Part shown: one piece after another, positions 22,034-32,475 of the stretch
Layout: each line of letters starts with the position of its first letter
Position numbering within the stretch: position 1 is the stretch's first letter
Assembly: GCA_030141605.1 (NCBI GenBank)
Contig: JAQGDQ010000468.1
Location: 113,545 to 177,544 of the forward strand
From: Tubiluchus corallicola
Taxonomy: Eukaryota; Animalia; Priapulida
DNA: 64,000 nt
Direction: 5' to 3'
Translations under genes and position numbers: made by a program
The notes under the pieces: generated by a model
The model's database searches: none
What the model saw: only the letters and a program-made list of their open reading frames with translations
Told to the model about the DNA's origin: nothing

Positions 22034-22696
22034 TTACCATTTTATTGGCTCAATACCTTTTGACACTAGGTAGCTATTCGCCCTGCTAAAATGTTTGTTC
22101 CCAAAAAACCCGCGATGAGCAGATAGAGGAGAGGGATGAGGAGACTTCAGCACCAAATGCTTATCAGGATTTACAAATGCCCCCTTCTTCCAGGCGTAAG
22201 CTCCCCAAAGCATAAACACAAGATTTTTCTTCTCTTCCGCCAATATCTTTACAACCGAATCAGTAAACGTCTCCCACCCCATACTTTGATGAGACCCTGC
22301 CTTTCCTGCCCTTACTGTGAGTGTAGCATTAAGAAGAAACACACCCTGCTCTGCCCACCTTTCCAAATTACCACTAGCCGGAGCAGAAACGCCTATATCA
22401 TCGCTTATCTCCTGGAAAATATTTTGTAACGACGGGGGAGGCACAACACCATCACGCACAGAGAAACAAAGCCCGTGAGCCTGCCCCTTCCCGTGATAAG
22501 GATCCTGCCCCAACACTACAACCTTTACCCTGTCTAAAGGACACTTCTCAAAAGCATTGAAAATAAGCCCTCCCGGAGGATATATGCAACTCGTTGAATA
22601 CTCCCTCTTTACAAAACTAGCAAGCTCAGTAAAATAGGGCTTCTCAAATTCGCTACACAGCCTCTCTTTCCATCCCTGCTCAATTGCTACATCCAT
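22034..22696 (-). CDS. ung: Uracil-DNA glycosylase
   Basis: GQDPYHG, GLCFSV, LLNATLTV and HPSPLS motifs. Confidence 0.97.
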   Translation of the reverse strand: MDVAIEQGWKERLCSEFEKPYFTELASFVKREYSTSCIYPPGGLIFNAFEKCPLDRVKVVVLGQDPYHGKGQAHGLCFSVRDGVVPPPSLQNIFQEISDDIGVSAPASGNLERWAEQGVFLLNATLTVRAGKAGSHQSMGWETFTDSVVKILAEEKKNLVFMLWGAYAWKKGAFVNPDKHLVLKSPHPSPLSAHRGFFGNKHFSRANSYLVSKGIEPIKW

Positions 22697-22757
22697 AGAA
22701 ATCTAATTTTAAATATAAACATATATAAAAAGCAGAAGACCTTTACTGCTCTAAACA

Positions 22758-23369
22758 TCAATAATCAAACCCACTACGATAATATGTAGACTGACTTTTC
22801 GGTACCAGCACTCCAGAAAACCTCAATTTCGACCTGGAAGTGGCACTTTGAACCTGAGCATCAGCATAATTACCGCCACCTCCCATTCTAACTACTATAT
22901 CGGCGGTTAATGCCACTCCTATTACCTTCATTGTATAGGTTATGCTACCACTCTTACTCTCCTGGATATTCTTGTCTGTAAGCCTCCCTTTTAAAGTTAT
23001 CCCGCCAATCCCATTAGGGCCACCCGCCACAGATGAAAAAGCAAGCTGCACATACACATCTTCTCCCTCCACCGCAACAAAATTTATATTGCTACTCACA
23101 GACACTGACCTTCCTTTCCGATCAAACACCATATCCGCCTCAAGCACCCACTCATCAGACTCCAATGCGCTTTTTGCTATCAAAAAATTGGCCTTGTCTC
23201 GCAGCTCACGCTCTCTCTTCTTAGCTGCCTTTGCTTCCTTCCTGGTCGCCTTTGCCTCCTTCTTCGCCACCTTGTCACTGGACTCTTCCTGGGCTGCCAC
23301 ATAGCTTAAAACACCACCACACTGAAATATAACAGCAACAACAAAAATCAGCTTTAACTTTACACTCAT
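22758..23369 (-). CDS. DUF4251-like exported protein
   Basis: Signal peptide, Lys/Glu-rich helix, WVLEAD..NFVAV..GPNGIGGIT. Confidence 0.65.
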   Translation of the reverse strand: MSVKLKLIFVVAVIFQCGGVLSYVAAQEESSDKVAKKEAKATRKEAKAAKKRERELRDKANFLIAKSALESDEWVLEADMVFDRKGRSVSVSSNINFVAVEGEDVYVQLAFSSVAGGPNGIGGITLKGRLTDKNIQESKSGSITYTMKVIGVALTADIVVRMGGGGNYADAQVQSATSRSKLRFSGVLVPKSQSTYYRSGFDY

Positions 23370-23562
23370 ATCTCTCTTTATTAGCAAAAATATTACCCTG
23401 GCTCATATCGCCTTATAACATTGACACTGCAATAAATAAACAGACGCTCTCTTGCCAATTACCTACTTATAAGAAAATCGAAAATCGACACATAAACTAT
23501 TGTTACCCAAACTTACAAAAATTATTAAAGCAGGAAAAATACTCAGTAGACTAATATGAATC

Positions 23563-23689
23563 AAAACCTTTATAAAACGAAAAAATATGGCTCAGGTTGA
23601 GGAAGAATTAAGTGATAAACCTCTCCTTATTGGTACAACTAAGGACTTTGACAAAAATGTTAATAAAAAGATGAGCTTTGAAATGCTTC
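23563..23689 (+). repeat. Dispersed MITE-like repeat, copy A
   Basis: AAAACCTTTATAAAAC ... GGACTTTGACAAAAATGTTAATAAAAAGATGAGCTTTGAAA. Confidence 0.75.
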
Positions 23690-24277
23690 GAATTTAACTT
23701 TAACCATGCAGTTTGATATGCTGAACTCGGCAGGAAAGAAGTTGTAGGGTGGTATAGTTGTATAAAAAGAGGTGAAACCACCAGAATTCAACGACTTTTG
23801 ACTTGTCAATGTGGCAGTTCCTGAACGAAGTCCGAACCTATTTCGAGAAAAAAGTTGGCTGAATTGTTTGACAAATCGAATCCGAGAGCATATTTAGTCG
23901 AAAAATTTGCCTTGCGCAGGTCAATCGTCCGATTGCATGTTCCCAAAATGTGAATATCCTTGATATGTTGTGAATTATTGTTCATTCCTGCTAAATTGAG
24001 CACCCCTTTTGGGGATTATTGCGGGCAGGCAAAAAAGTGCGGTGGGTGGTTGCTCTTTTCAAAAAATTAGTGTTCGCCTACTGGTGAACGTGTTTTTTGA
24101 AAAGAGCAAGCTGGGCGGGCAACACCCTGGTTGTATAACTCTTTTAATACAACCAGCATGATGATATTGTTAAAATGTTGGTAACCCGTTAGGGTTATCA
24201 ATATTTCAACTAGTCTTCATCAACAAAATATCAATCGTTTCTTCTGATGGCTTGACTACATCAATGGAACTTTTACA

Positions 24278-24578
24278 TGCATGTGCCGGGTAATCTGCCC
24301 CCTCTAGACTTTTTTTAACTGACCCCACCTGTGCCGGCTTTAACTGCCCCCCTAAAAGCTGTTCAAAGACCTTCCATATTCTCGCATTGAAAGTAATAAT
24401 TATTTGTTACGTATTCATTCGTGTTTCTTGTTTTTTATTTTGACGTTTACGGAGATTGTCGCCTGCAAGTTCTAGCCTGTAGGCATTATACACTAAACGG
24501 ACCATCACCATGTCTGCCACTGTATCTTCTCCTATAGCCTCATACCAAAGGGCTATAGGCAACTGAGAAGCTATAATT
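24278..24578 (-). mobile_element. istB: IS21-family right-end remnant with istB C-terminus
   Basis: Minus frame IIASQLPIALWYEAIGEDTVADMVMVRLVYNAYRLELAGDNLRK; repeated (AA)CTG(A/C)CCC terminal motifs from TGCATGTGCCGGG at 24278. Confidence 0.75.
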
Positions 24579-26146
24579 TGTAAATCTTCAGCTTAATTCG
24601 GACAAATTGGTTTAAAAATTAAGAGAGACATTTCTTAAATTATTGTTTAACTTCAAAACTTATTGGACAAATTGATGCTTAAAGTTAAGAGATAGTTTTA
24701 TAATTCAAATTCTCTTTTTTATGGTGATGATAATTCACTGTTGACTTGTTGGAAACTCGCAGAGTTTTCAATAAATCAAAAGTGATACACTGCGATTTTC
24801 TGATTCCTTTTTCTTCTTTCATTTAGCGTTTTTATTTTAATGTTTTCACGATTGCCCAGTAACTGTTTTTGCCTTCCAAAATACACGTCGGCAGGTGTAA
24901 CATTCTTGAGTGATTCATGATACCGGTGGTTGTTGTAATTATATACAAACTCCTGTAGAACCGTCATTAGTTCATCAGGAAAGTAGTAGTTATCCAACTT
25001 TACCTGATTTTTCATGGTGCGGTGGTAACGCTCAATTTTCCCTTGTGTTTGAGGGTGGTATGGGGCTACACGTAAATGTCCCATTTTGGTGTCTTTTAAA
25101 AAGCTTTGAAACTCGTTTGATATGTAGCACGCTCCATTATCGGAGAGTAACCTGGGACAATCGCCTGCAGGTATTTTGGCCGTATGTAAAGCCTTTTGAA
25201 TAACATGCTTGGCATCGGCCGACTCAATGCTTTGGCAAAGCTCCCAGGTGACGATATACCTTGAATAATCTCCATTACGGTAGCCAAATAATACCAGCCC
25301 CATCCAATGATTTTTAAGTAGGTGAAATCGGTTTGCCATTGCTGGTGCACACGCGTGGTCTTATCTTTAAAATCATCGGATGCAGCCATTAAAAGCCACG
25401 CAGGAGATGTGATTAGCACTTGCTCTTTGAGAATCCGATATACGCTGGTTTCGCTGATAAACCACTTTTGATGGTCGGTGATGTGGTGGGCTAGTTCCCT
25501 AGGCGATAAGTCTGTACGTTACAAAGCGGTGTCTAAAACCAGTTCTCGTTCTTTGTTGGATATCTTGTCCCAGAACTTTTTGCGTTTTACCGGCTTGGGC
25601 TTGAGTGCATCATATCATCCCTCAAGGAAGCGTTTGTACCACTCGTAAAAGGTACTTCGGCTGATGTCAAACTCTTCAAGTGTGCGCTTAATTCCGAATT
25701 CCGAATCTTGAACAATACGGATAATTTCCATCTTTTCACTGGCGCTTCGTCTCATATATTTATAAGTTACTCGGTTCCAGTTAAGCTTTTTTTAAGCATG
25801 CGTACTTCCAAACTCAGCTCTGCTACAAGCTGCTTTAGGTCGTGGTTCTCGTTCTTTAAACCGTTTATTTCGCCCGATGTAGCTTCCCGTTTAATGTCAC
25901 CTGCAAGACGTTTTTTGCCAGCTTCCATAAAATCTTTACTCCACTTGTAATAAAGGTTCGCGTTGATGCCTTCTTTTCGGCATAACTCGGCAATGCTATA
26001 TTCGCCACGCATGCCCTCTAGTAAAATCCTGATTTTTTCTTCAGCTGATTACTTCTTCCTCGGGTGTCTCTTAATCTCTTTTACCTTTTGTTCGGTAGTC
26101 TGTTTTTTTGCCTTAATCTTACTCGTTTTTATTGGTTATAATTTAA

Positions 26147-27503
26147 CAATAGTTCGTTAAACATTTACATAAATATCTGACAATCAATAAAATAAATGTT
26201 GAAAAAATTAGGATAATCCCCCTGATAATCAGTATCTTAAAGTTGTTTTTGACCGACAATTTTAGACATGATTATCAAGGAAATATCAAGATATAAAGAT
26301 CAGGTAAAAATGATTTTAAACCAAATGGAAGGAATAAATAAGTGGCAATTCGATTTTATGCTAGACATCTTCGGACTATTTCTTAGTATCAAAGGAAAGA
26401 TGAACTTTCTTCAATTTGGTAGATATGGAAATCACTGTGAGCAACGTTATAGATATCAATTTGAAAAAGGGTTTGATTTTATGACTTTTAACAAAGAGTC
26501 GGTAATCCATTACGCAAGCAACCATCAAGCCATAGCCTTTGATCCAAGCTATATAAGCAAGTCAGGAAAGCATACATCTGGGGCTGGTTACTTTTGGTCA
26601 GGATGTGCCGGCAAAACAAAATGGGGCTTAGAGATTGCAGGAATAGCAGCCGTTGATATTGATAATCATACAGCTTTTCATTTAGAAGCTATTCAAACCC
26701 CTAATAATCTTGAAGCAGAAAGTCTGGTTGATCATTACGCAAATGTTTTGATTCAACGCAAGGACAATCTGTTATGTGTATCAAAATACGTTTTGGCAGA
26801 TGCCTATTTTTCAAAGAATAAGTTTGTAACCAAGCTTTGCGAAAATGGATTTGAAGTGATTAGTCGCCTGAGAGATGATGCTAACTTACAATACAAATTT
26901 TATGGTCAGCAAAAAGCTGGTAGAGGAAGACCTAGAAAATATGAAGGAAAGATTGACTTTGATAATTTAAAATCAAAATATTTTGAATGCTTTGAGCAAA
27001 ACGAAAAATGCAAAATATACGGAGCAACAGTTTATGCAAAATCATTAAAACGAGATGTTAATCTTGTTGTTGTTTTTACAAAAGGAACATCCCGAAAGTG
27101 GTCTCACAAGTTATACTTCTCTACTGATTTGCAAATGAAAGCCGAGACGATTCTTGAATATTATCAAGCCAGATTCCAGATTGAGTTCATTTACAGAGAT
27201 GCAAAACAATATACCGGATTGAAAGACTGTCAGGCAAGAAGTGAAAATAAATTACATTTTCATTTTAATGCATCTCTTACTGCAGTCAATTTGGCCAAGA
27301 TTAACCACTGGTTAGCTATACCAAAAATCAATAGAAATGCTTTTTCTATGGCCGATATAAAAACAATGTATCACAATGAATTACTGCTAAATAGATTTTT
27401 TAGCGTGTTCGCGGTGAGACCAAACTTAACCAAAAATAAATCCAAAATCAGAGAATTAATAACTTACGGCACTATCGCTGCATGATTATTTAACGAACTA
27501 TTG
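26147..27503 (+). mobile_element. Intact IS4-superfamily (IS4/IS701-like) element with 15-bp TIR and 6-bp TSD
   Basis: TIR CAATAGTTCGTTAAA perfect at both ends; ATTTAA duplicated (26141-26146 and 27504-27509), single in IS3 copy 1. Confidence 0.9.
26268..27485 (+). CDS. DDE transposase
   Basis: AFDPSY, LADAYF and YQARFQIEFIYRDAKQ (YREK-type) motifs. Confidence 0.9.
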   Translation: MIIKEISRYKDQVKMILNQMEGINKWQFDFMLDIFGLFLSIKGKMNFLQFGRYGNHCEQRYRYQFEKGFDFMTFNKESVIHYASNHQAIAFDPSYISKSGKHTSGAGYFWSGCAGKTKWGLEIAGIAAVDIDNHTAFHLEAIQTPNNLEAESLVDHYANVLIQRKDNLLCVSKYVLADAYFSKNKFVTKLCENGFEVISRLRDDANLQYKFYGQQKAGRGRPRKYEGKIDFDNLKSKYFECFEQNEKCKIYGATVYAKSLKRDVNLVVVFTKGTSRKWSHKLYFSTDLQMKAETILEYYQARFQIEFIYRDAKQYTGLKDCQARSENKLHFHFNASLTAVNLAKINHWLAIPKINRNAFSMADIKTMYHNELLLNRFFSVFAVRPNLTKNKSKIRELITYGTIAA

Positions 27504-27880
27504 ATTTAAGAAATGTCTCTCTTAATTTTTAAACCAATTTGTCCGAATTAAGCTGAAGATTTACATGATTTATTGAAAACTCTGCGAGTTTCCAACAAGT
27601 CAACAGTGAATTATCATCACCATAAAAAAGAGAATTTGAATTATAAAACTATCTCTTAACTTTAAGCATCAATTTGTCCAATAAGTTTTGAAGTTAAACA
27701 TTTCTGAAACTGAATTAATGATGAAATAGTAAGTTGAAATGTTAGGCGGAAAGTTTATTACTTCCTGGTTTGGTATTTCCAAACTAAAAATATTTGAAAT
27801 AAACGCTATTTTGTGCAAGTATTGTGCAAATCAAAAAAGGGCTGCAATTCTAAAAACTTATAACCCTTTGATTTTCAACG

Positions 27881-27955
27881 TGGGCGATACTGGATTCGAA
27901 CCAGTGACCCCCTGCTTGTAAGGCAGGTGCTCTGAACCAGCTGAGCTAATCGCCC
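27881..27955 (-). tRNA. tRNA-Val(TAC)
   Basis: GGGCGATTAGCTCAGCTGGTTCAGAGCACCTGCCT-TAC-AAGCAGGGGGTCACTGGTTCGAATCCAGTATCGCCCA; CCA not encoded; TATATTTG promoter element at 27986-27993 (minus). Confidence 0.97.
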
Positions 27956-28173
27956 CTCACATCTTTAGATTAACCTAAAGCGATGCAAATATAGGCTTAT
28001 TTTCGGTTTTTTATCAAATTTATTAATAATAAAAATTTTTCCTGTACATGTGGAAGAAAACCTTTCACATTTATAAAAAAGTCCAACCCTACACTTCATC
28101 TAAAACTATATAGAGCAAGAATCACAATCTACTACCTTTCACGTCTGAGTATACCCTCCACCTCTCTACCCTG

Positions 28174-30768
28174 TCATTTTACCGTAACGGTACGACTGCC
28201 TTTACCTGAAATATCAAAGCTTTTGAGCTTCACCTCCCCCTGTACATTAACAGGCTTATCATACACTTTCGATGCAACTGTTGGCTCTGAACCATCAACA
28301 GTGTATCGTATGGACAAACCGGGAAACTCAGTATTTGCTTTTAATACTCCCCCCTCTACAATTGCTCCTGGAGGAGGAAGGCGATAGTTGTATCCGCCAT
28401 TTATACAGCTGAGTCTTGGAAGCTCCCTTTGAGCTATAGAATTTGCAAACAGGTTCCAGCCCTTGTTAACCTCTATGATGCGACTCTGCTCATCATCTAT
28501 CTTTTCCCACACTCTCTCCGAAGCCCAAGCACTCTCTGCAAAACCAAGCAACTTTGGAAGCATATAATACTCAATCATATCTCCACCTTTAATTGTCTCA
28601 CTCCACAACTGCGCTTCCACTCCATATATATTCTTCCTTGCTTCCGGCTTTAGCCGCTCCATATTTGCATACTCTTTAGCCTTATCTATCTTCCGCCCCA
28701 TAGATGTGTAATCAGTTGTCTTTAGACACTCGTACGGAGCAAATGTCCACGCATCACGAGTATTCACAAACCCTGCCCAGTACAGCCCTGGCTCCTTAGG
28801 ATCTTTATTATAAGCTAAATCAAAATAGAAATTTGACACATTACACAAAACAACTTTATAGCCACGATTTGCCAGCTTGTAACCAAGATCCTGATTCCCA
28901 AACAGATTATTCCAAACATAGGGCACAACACCATCTTCCACAAACTCGGTATTGAGCTCATGCCCCCCATCTTTCCTCTTTGTCAATACAACCTCTTCCC
29001 AACCATGCACCCTTAATCCCCTATCCTGCAGCCTATTGACCAGTTTGCGAAAAAAATATGTTTGCAAATTGTTGGGATCTACCTTTCCAGACTCTCGCTC
29101 CAATAACCTATCGATCATAGGAGACTTTGTCCATGCTCCTTCGGGAACCTCATCCCCACCCGTATGCATATCTGTCATCTCAAGGCCTGCCTCTTTATAC
29201 ATCTTCGCCATTTCATCCACAACCTTCTCATAAAACCGGTAAACAGACTCTCTGGCCACACAAACAACATTGTCCTTATACGACTGCGCAGACAAATACT
29301 GTGACTTATCATCAGGATCAATCAACCTATACTCATTAGCTGCCTCTTTTTTTCCCTCTTTCATAAGCCTTTCATAACGCGCCTCCATGGACTTTATAGC
29401 AGCTCTAGCATGTCCGGGAAAATTTAATACAGGGACAACCTTTATATGCCGCTCCGTTGCATACTTTAGTATCTCAATAAAATCTTCACGAGTGTAATAC
29501 CCACTCCCATTTTTCCCCTCCTCATAGGCAAAAGGCCCTGAACCATACGCCGGATGAAGCAAGGGAGCATCCATCCCGTAGGTGTGCTCACGCTGTCCGC
29601 CAACCAATGTTAACTCAGGCAGTCCAGGTATCTCAATGCGCCAACCCTCATCCTCTGTAGTATAAAACAAGAAATGGTTGAGCTTATAAAAAGACATAAT
29701 GTCCATTATCCTCTTTATGGTCTCCTTTGTCTGGAAATTACGGCACACATCAACATGAAGCCCTCTAAACTCAAATCGGGGGGCATCTGTCACCATTGTT
29801 GCATCCATACTGAAAGAAGCTTCTCTGTTCTGCCAGGCATCAAAAGGAACCAAAGCTAAAAAAGTTTGAATACCATAAAATACCCCAGCAGCACTATTGC
29901 CGGTAACTATTACCCCTTTAGAAGACACACTCACCGTATACGCCTCTTTATCAATACCTTTTGCCTTGACGCTGCCCAACTTCAGCAAAATTGCTTTATT
30001 TTTTGAAGCGGCAGAAGCTTCAGAAACCCTGAACTCTTGCCCGGTTATGCTGCTTAACCTCTTTGCCAAAAGGGTCGCTTCGCTCTCCAGCCCTTTTTGA
30101 TAATGAATAGGTAACCCATTACTAATAGTTATTGATCCTTTCTTTTTTGTTATCTTAACAGGAGAAGGGATCACCCTCTTTATCTTATCCTCAGGTAACA
30201 AAAACATAGCCTCATTATCGTGATAACAAAATTTAGATGTCGGAACAGGCTCCTCATCTCGACTGCCACGACTCATCTGCTCAGGCCTCACAAAAGGAGC
30301 AACACTGTAATTTGTCACCTCTACTACTCTTTCCTCTTTACCATCATCTCCATACAGTACAAAATATAGCCCCATAGGAGAATCTGCCTCTTTTATTACC
30401 CCTTCAGTGCCTCTATAGTGAATATCAATACCTTTCCCTACTTCAAGAGAAAACCCTTTATCTGGGACAAGCTTATACCAATCGCCATTAATGTGATGCA
30501 CTGTTGCCGGTTGTAGCACCGAGGAACTAATAATCGGGCGGGGAGCCATATTAAAGAACAATGCCCAATTTGAATCAGACAAAACAAAACCGCTGTTATT
30601 ACTGATCGAAAACATGGCCTCAAACCCATCTTTTGCATCAATAAAATTACTTACTAGCTCCCATTTGACAGATATCATCTCTACATTGGGAAATGACTTG
30701 CTCTTGCAATTTTTAGAATAAACTACAATGAAAGGGATAAACAAAAAATATAGTAATTTTTTTTTCAT
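28174..30768 (-). CDS. GH20 beta-N-acetylhexosaminidase / chitobiase with N-terminal carbohydrate-binding domain
   Basis: HINGDWYKLVP, RGLHVDVCRNF, DEGWRIEIPGLPELT, HTGGDEVP and IRYTVDGSEPT motifs. Confidence 0.92.
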   Translation of the reverse strand: MKKKLLYFLFIPFIVVYSKNCKSKSFPNVEMISVKWELVSNFIDAKDGFEAMFSISNNSGFVLSDSNWALFFNMAPRPIISSSVLQPATVHHINGDWYKLVPDKGFSLEVGKGIDIHYRGTEGVIKEADSPMGLYFVLYGDDGKEERVVEVTNYSVAPFVRPEQMSRGSRDEEPVPTSKFCYHDNEAMFLLPEDKIKRVIPSPVKITKKKGSITISNGLPIHYQKGLESEATLLAKRLSSITGQEFRVSEASAASKNKAILLKLGSVKAKGIDKEAYTVSVSSKGVIVTGNSAAGVFYGIQTFLALVPFDAWQNREASFSMDATMVTDAPRFEFRGLHVDVCRNFQTKETIKRIMDIMSFYKLNHFLFYTTEDEGWRIEIPGLPELTLVGGQREHTYGMDAPLLHPAYGSGPFAYEEGKNGSGYYTREDFIEILKYATERHIKVVPVLNFPGHARAAIKSMEARYERLMKEGKKEAANEYRLIDPDDKSQYLSAQSYKDNVVCVARESVYRFYEKVVDEMAKMYKEAGLEMTDMHTGGDEVPEGAWTKSPMIDRLLERESGKVDPNNLQTYFFRKLVNRLQDRGLRVHGWEEVVLTKRKDGGHELNTEFVEDGVVPYVWNNLFGNQDLGYKLANRGYKVVLCNVSNFYFDLAYNKDPKEPGLYWAGFVNTRDAWTFAPYECLKTTDYTSMGRKIDKAKEYANMERLKPEARKNIYGVEAQLWSETIKGGDMIEYYMLPKLLGFAESAWASERVWEKIDDEQSRIIEVNKGWNLFANSIAQRELPRLSCINGGYNYRLPPPGAIVEGGVLKANTEFPGLSIRYTVDGSEPTVASKVYDKPVNVQGEVKLKSFDISGKGSRTVTVK

Positions 30769-31132
30769 AAGATATGTTTTTACAAAATTAGTGCTTGGCT
30801 TGAGCTTTCAACTTATAAAAATAAACTATATATTCCTATAAACCTAAAAAATTAAAAATTAAGAAATGCGAAATTTATAAACAATACTGGAGCAGACGCT
30901 TTACAACTATAACTTTCTTATACACTGTAGCTTCCCCGGAATGAAATTTTAGCTCATATCGGGGATAAATCAAAAATCCGTTACTTTGCCAACATAGATC
31001 ATGGACTTATAAAAAGAACATTGGCAGGGCAATAAAAAATAGTATAACTAATGTGACAACACTGCTGCATTACTTTCTCCTGTAATTTTATAACTTAGCG
31101 GATATTCCATTTTTTTAACTACTAAACTTAAA

Positions 31133-32233
31133 ATGACAAAACAAACAGACAGACTGATCTCGCTAGATGCCATGCGTGGCTTCACAATAGCGGCAATGAT
31201 CACAGTAAACTATCCGGGAAGCTGGGATCACGTATATGCCCCCCTCCTTCATGCCGAATGGAACGGAATCACACCTACAGACCTGATTGCCCCTTTCTTT
31301 CTATTTATAGTGGGTATATCTATCGCTTTTGCATATACAAAGCGCCTGAAAGCAGGTGTTCCAAAGACGGGTATGTATAAAAAAATTATAGGGCGTACAC
31401 TCAAAATATACCTTGTGGGACTGTTTCTAAACCTTCTCCCCGACTTCAACTTTGCAGAACTGAGATACACAGGAACTTTAGCAAGAATATCAATTGTATT
31501 CCTGTTTTGTGCAATGCTCTTTTTAAATAGCAACTGGAAAATTCAAGCCTGGATAGGAGGAGGAATACTAGTAACATACTGGTTAGCTATGACACTGATA
31601 CCTACGCCAGGAGAGGGAAAGGTAATGCTTGAAAGAGGGATAAACCTGGCGGCATGGATAGATGAAAAATACATGCCCGGAAAGCTTTGGCAGGGAAGCT
31701 GGGACCCAGAAGGAATACTTAGCACATTCCCGTCGTTTGTTACAGGCATAACAGGCTTGATTGCAGGGCGCCTGCTACTAAACAACAAACTATTGAAACA
31801 TGAAAAATCAATATTTTTAATGATAGGCGGACTGTTTGTAACAATAGTAGGATACCTCTGGGGGCTTACCTTCCCTGTAAATAAAAATATATGGACAAGC
31901 TCATTCGTACTGGTTACATCGGGTATGGCATCACTACTCTTGGGAGCAGTTTACTTCCTGGTTGATATACAAAAAAGAAAAAAAGGAACTAAACCAGGAA
32001 TTATCTTTGGTGCCAATGCAATCACTGTTTATGTCCTCGCAGATGTATTTGCGCTACTATTTTATCACCTATCAATAGGATGTAACACCTTAGACGGACA
32101 CTTCATGGCAATTTTCACATCCGCAGGATTAACGCCAAAATTTGTCAGTCTTACATACTCACTTATATTTATAACAATAAACTTTATTCCCGCTTACATA
32201 CTGTATAAAAAGAAAATATTTATAAAACTTTAA
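31133..32233 (+). CDS. NagX / heparan-alpha-glucosaminide N-acetyltransferase-like membrane protein
   Basis: RLISLDAMRG, HAEWNG.TPTDL, DPEGILST and NKNIWTSSFVL motifs. Confidence 0.85.
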   Translation: MTKQTDRLISLDAMRGFTIAAMITVNYPGSWDHVYAPLLHAEWNGITPTDLIAPFFLFIVGISIAFAYTKRLKAGVPKTGMYKKIIGRTLKIYLVGLFLNLLPDFNFAELRYTGTLARISIVFLFCAMLFLNSNWKIQAWIGGGILVTYWLAMTLIPTPGEGKVMLERGINLAAWIDEKYMPGKLWQGSWDPEGILSTFPSFVTGITGLIAGRLLLNNKLLKHEKSIFLMIGGLFVTIVGYLWGLTFPVNKNIWTSSFVLVTSGMASLLLGAVYFLVDIQKRKKGTKPGIIFGANAITVYVLADVFALLFYHLSIGCNTLDGHFMAIFTSAGLTPKFVSLTYSLIFITINFIPAYILYKKKIFIKL

Positions 32234-32319
32234 AAACAAAGAGGAAAGGGTACTCCATTTATCACCCTCTCCTCTTTCTTTCTCTCTCTCTTTACCACAC
32301 ATACTCTTACTTTTGAATT

Positions 32320-32456
32320 GATATCTTTGCAAAATGAAAAACCTTGACTCTTACTTAAAAAGAGTCAATGAAAATTTGCAGCCTGCTTCCAAATAAAAAT
32401 TTTAAAAGAGGATTTTGAAAAAATATTAATAAAAAGATGAGCTTTGCAAAGGTCTC
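32320..32456 (+). repeat. Dispersed MITE-like repeat, copy B (both TIRs)
   Basis: GATATCTTTGCAAAA ... AATAAAAAGATGAGCTTTGCAAAGGTCTC. Confidence 0.8.
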
Positions 32457-32475
32457 ATGCCTATATTTGCGAATA

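Larger units (their letters stand above)
24644..27565 (-). mobile_element. IS3-family element, copy 2 (inactivated; interrupted near its left end by another IS)
   Basis: Nearly identical to 18040-19596; left end resumes at 27504 after the insertion. Confidence 0.9.
24579..27700 (+). mobile_element. Outer IS3 shell: left end (24579-24643) and right end (27566-27700) only, inverted relative to the inner copy
   Basis: Reverse-complement matches to the two ends of the IS3 at 18040-19596. Confidence 0.8.

Noticed and set aside
23806-24003. 65-aa ORF in the island relic
   Set aside because: No recognisable motif and a weak start; cannot be supported as a gene
27739-27921. 60-aa ORF ending VGDTGFEPVTPCL
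   Set aside because: Antisense read-through of tRNA-Val
32266-32293. CT-rich tract as a phase-variation microsatellite
   Set aside because: Short and intergenic; better explained as the downstream arm and tail of a terminator-like stem after the NagX-like gene
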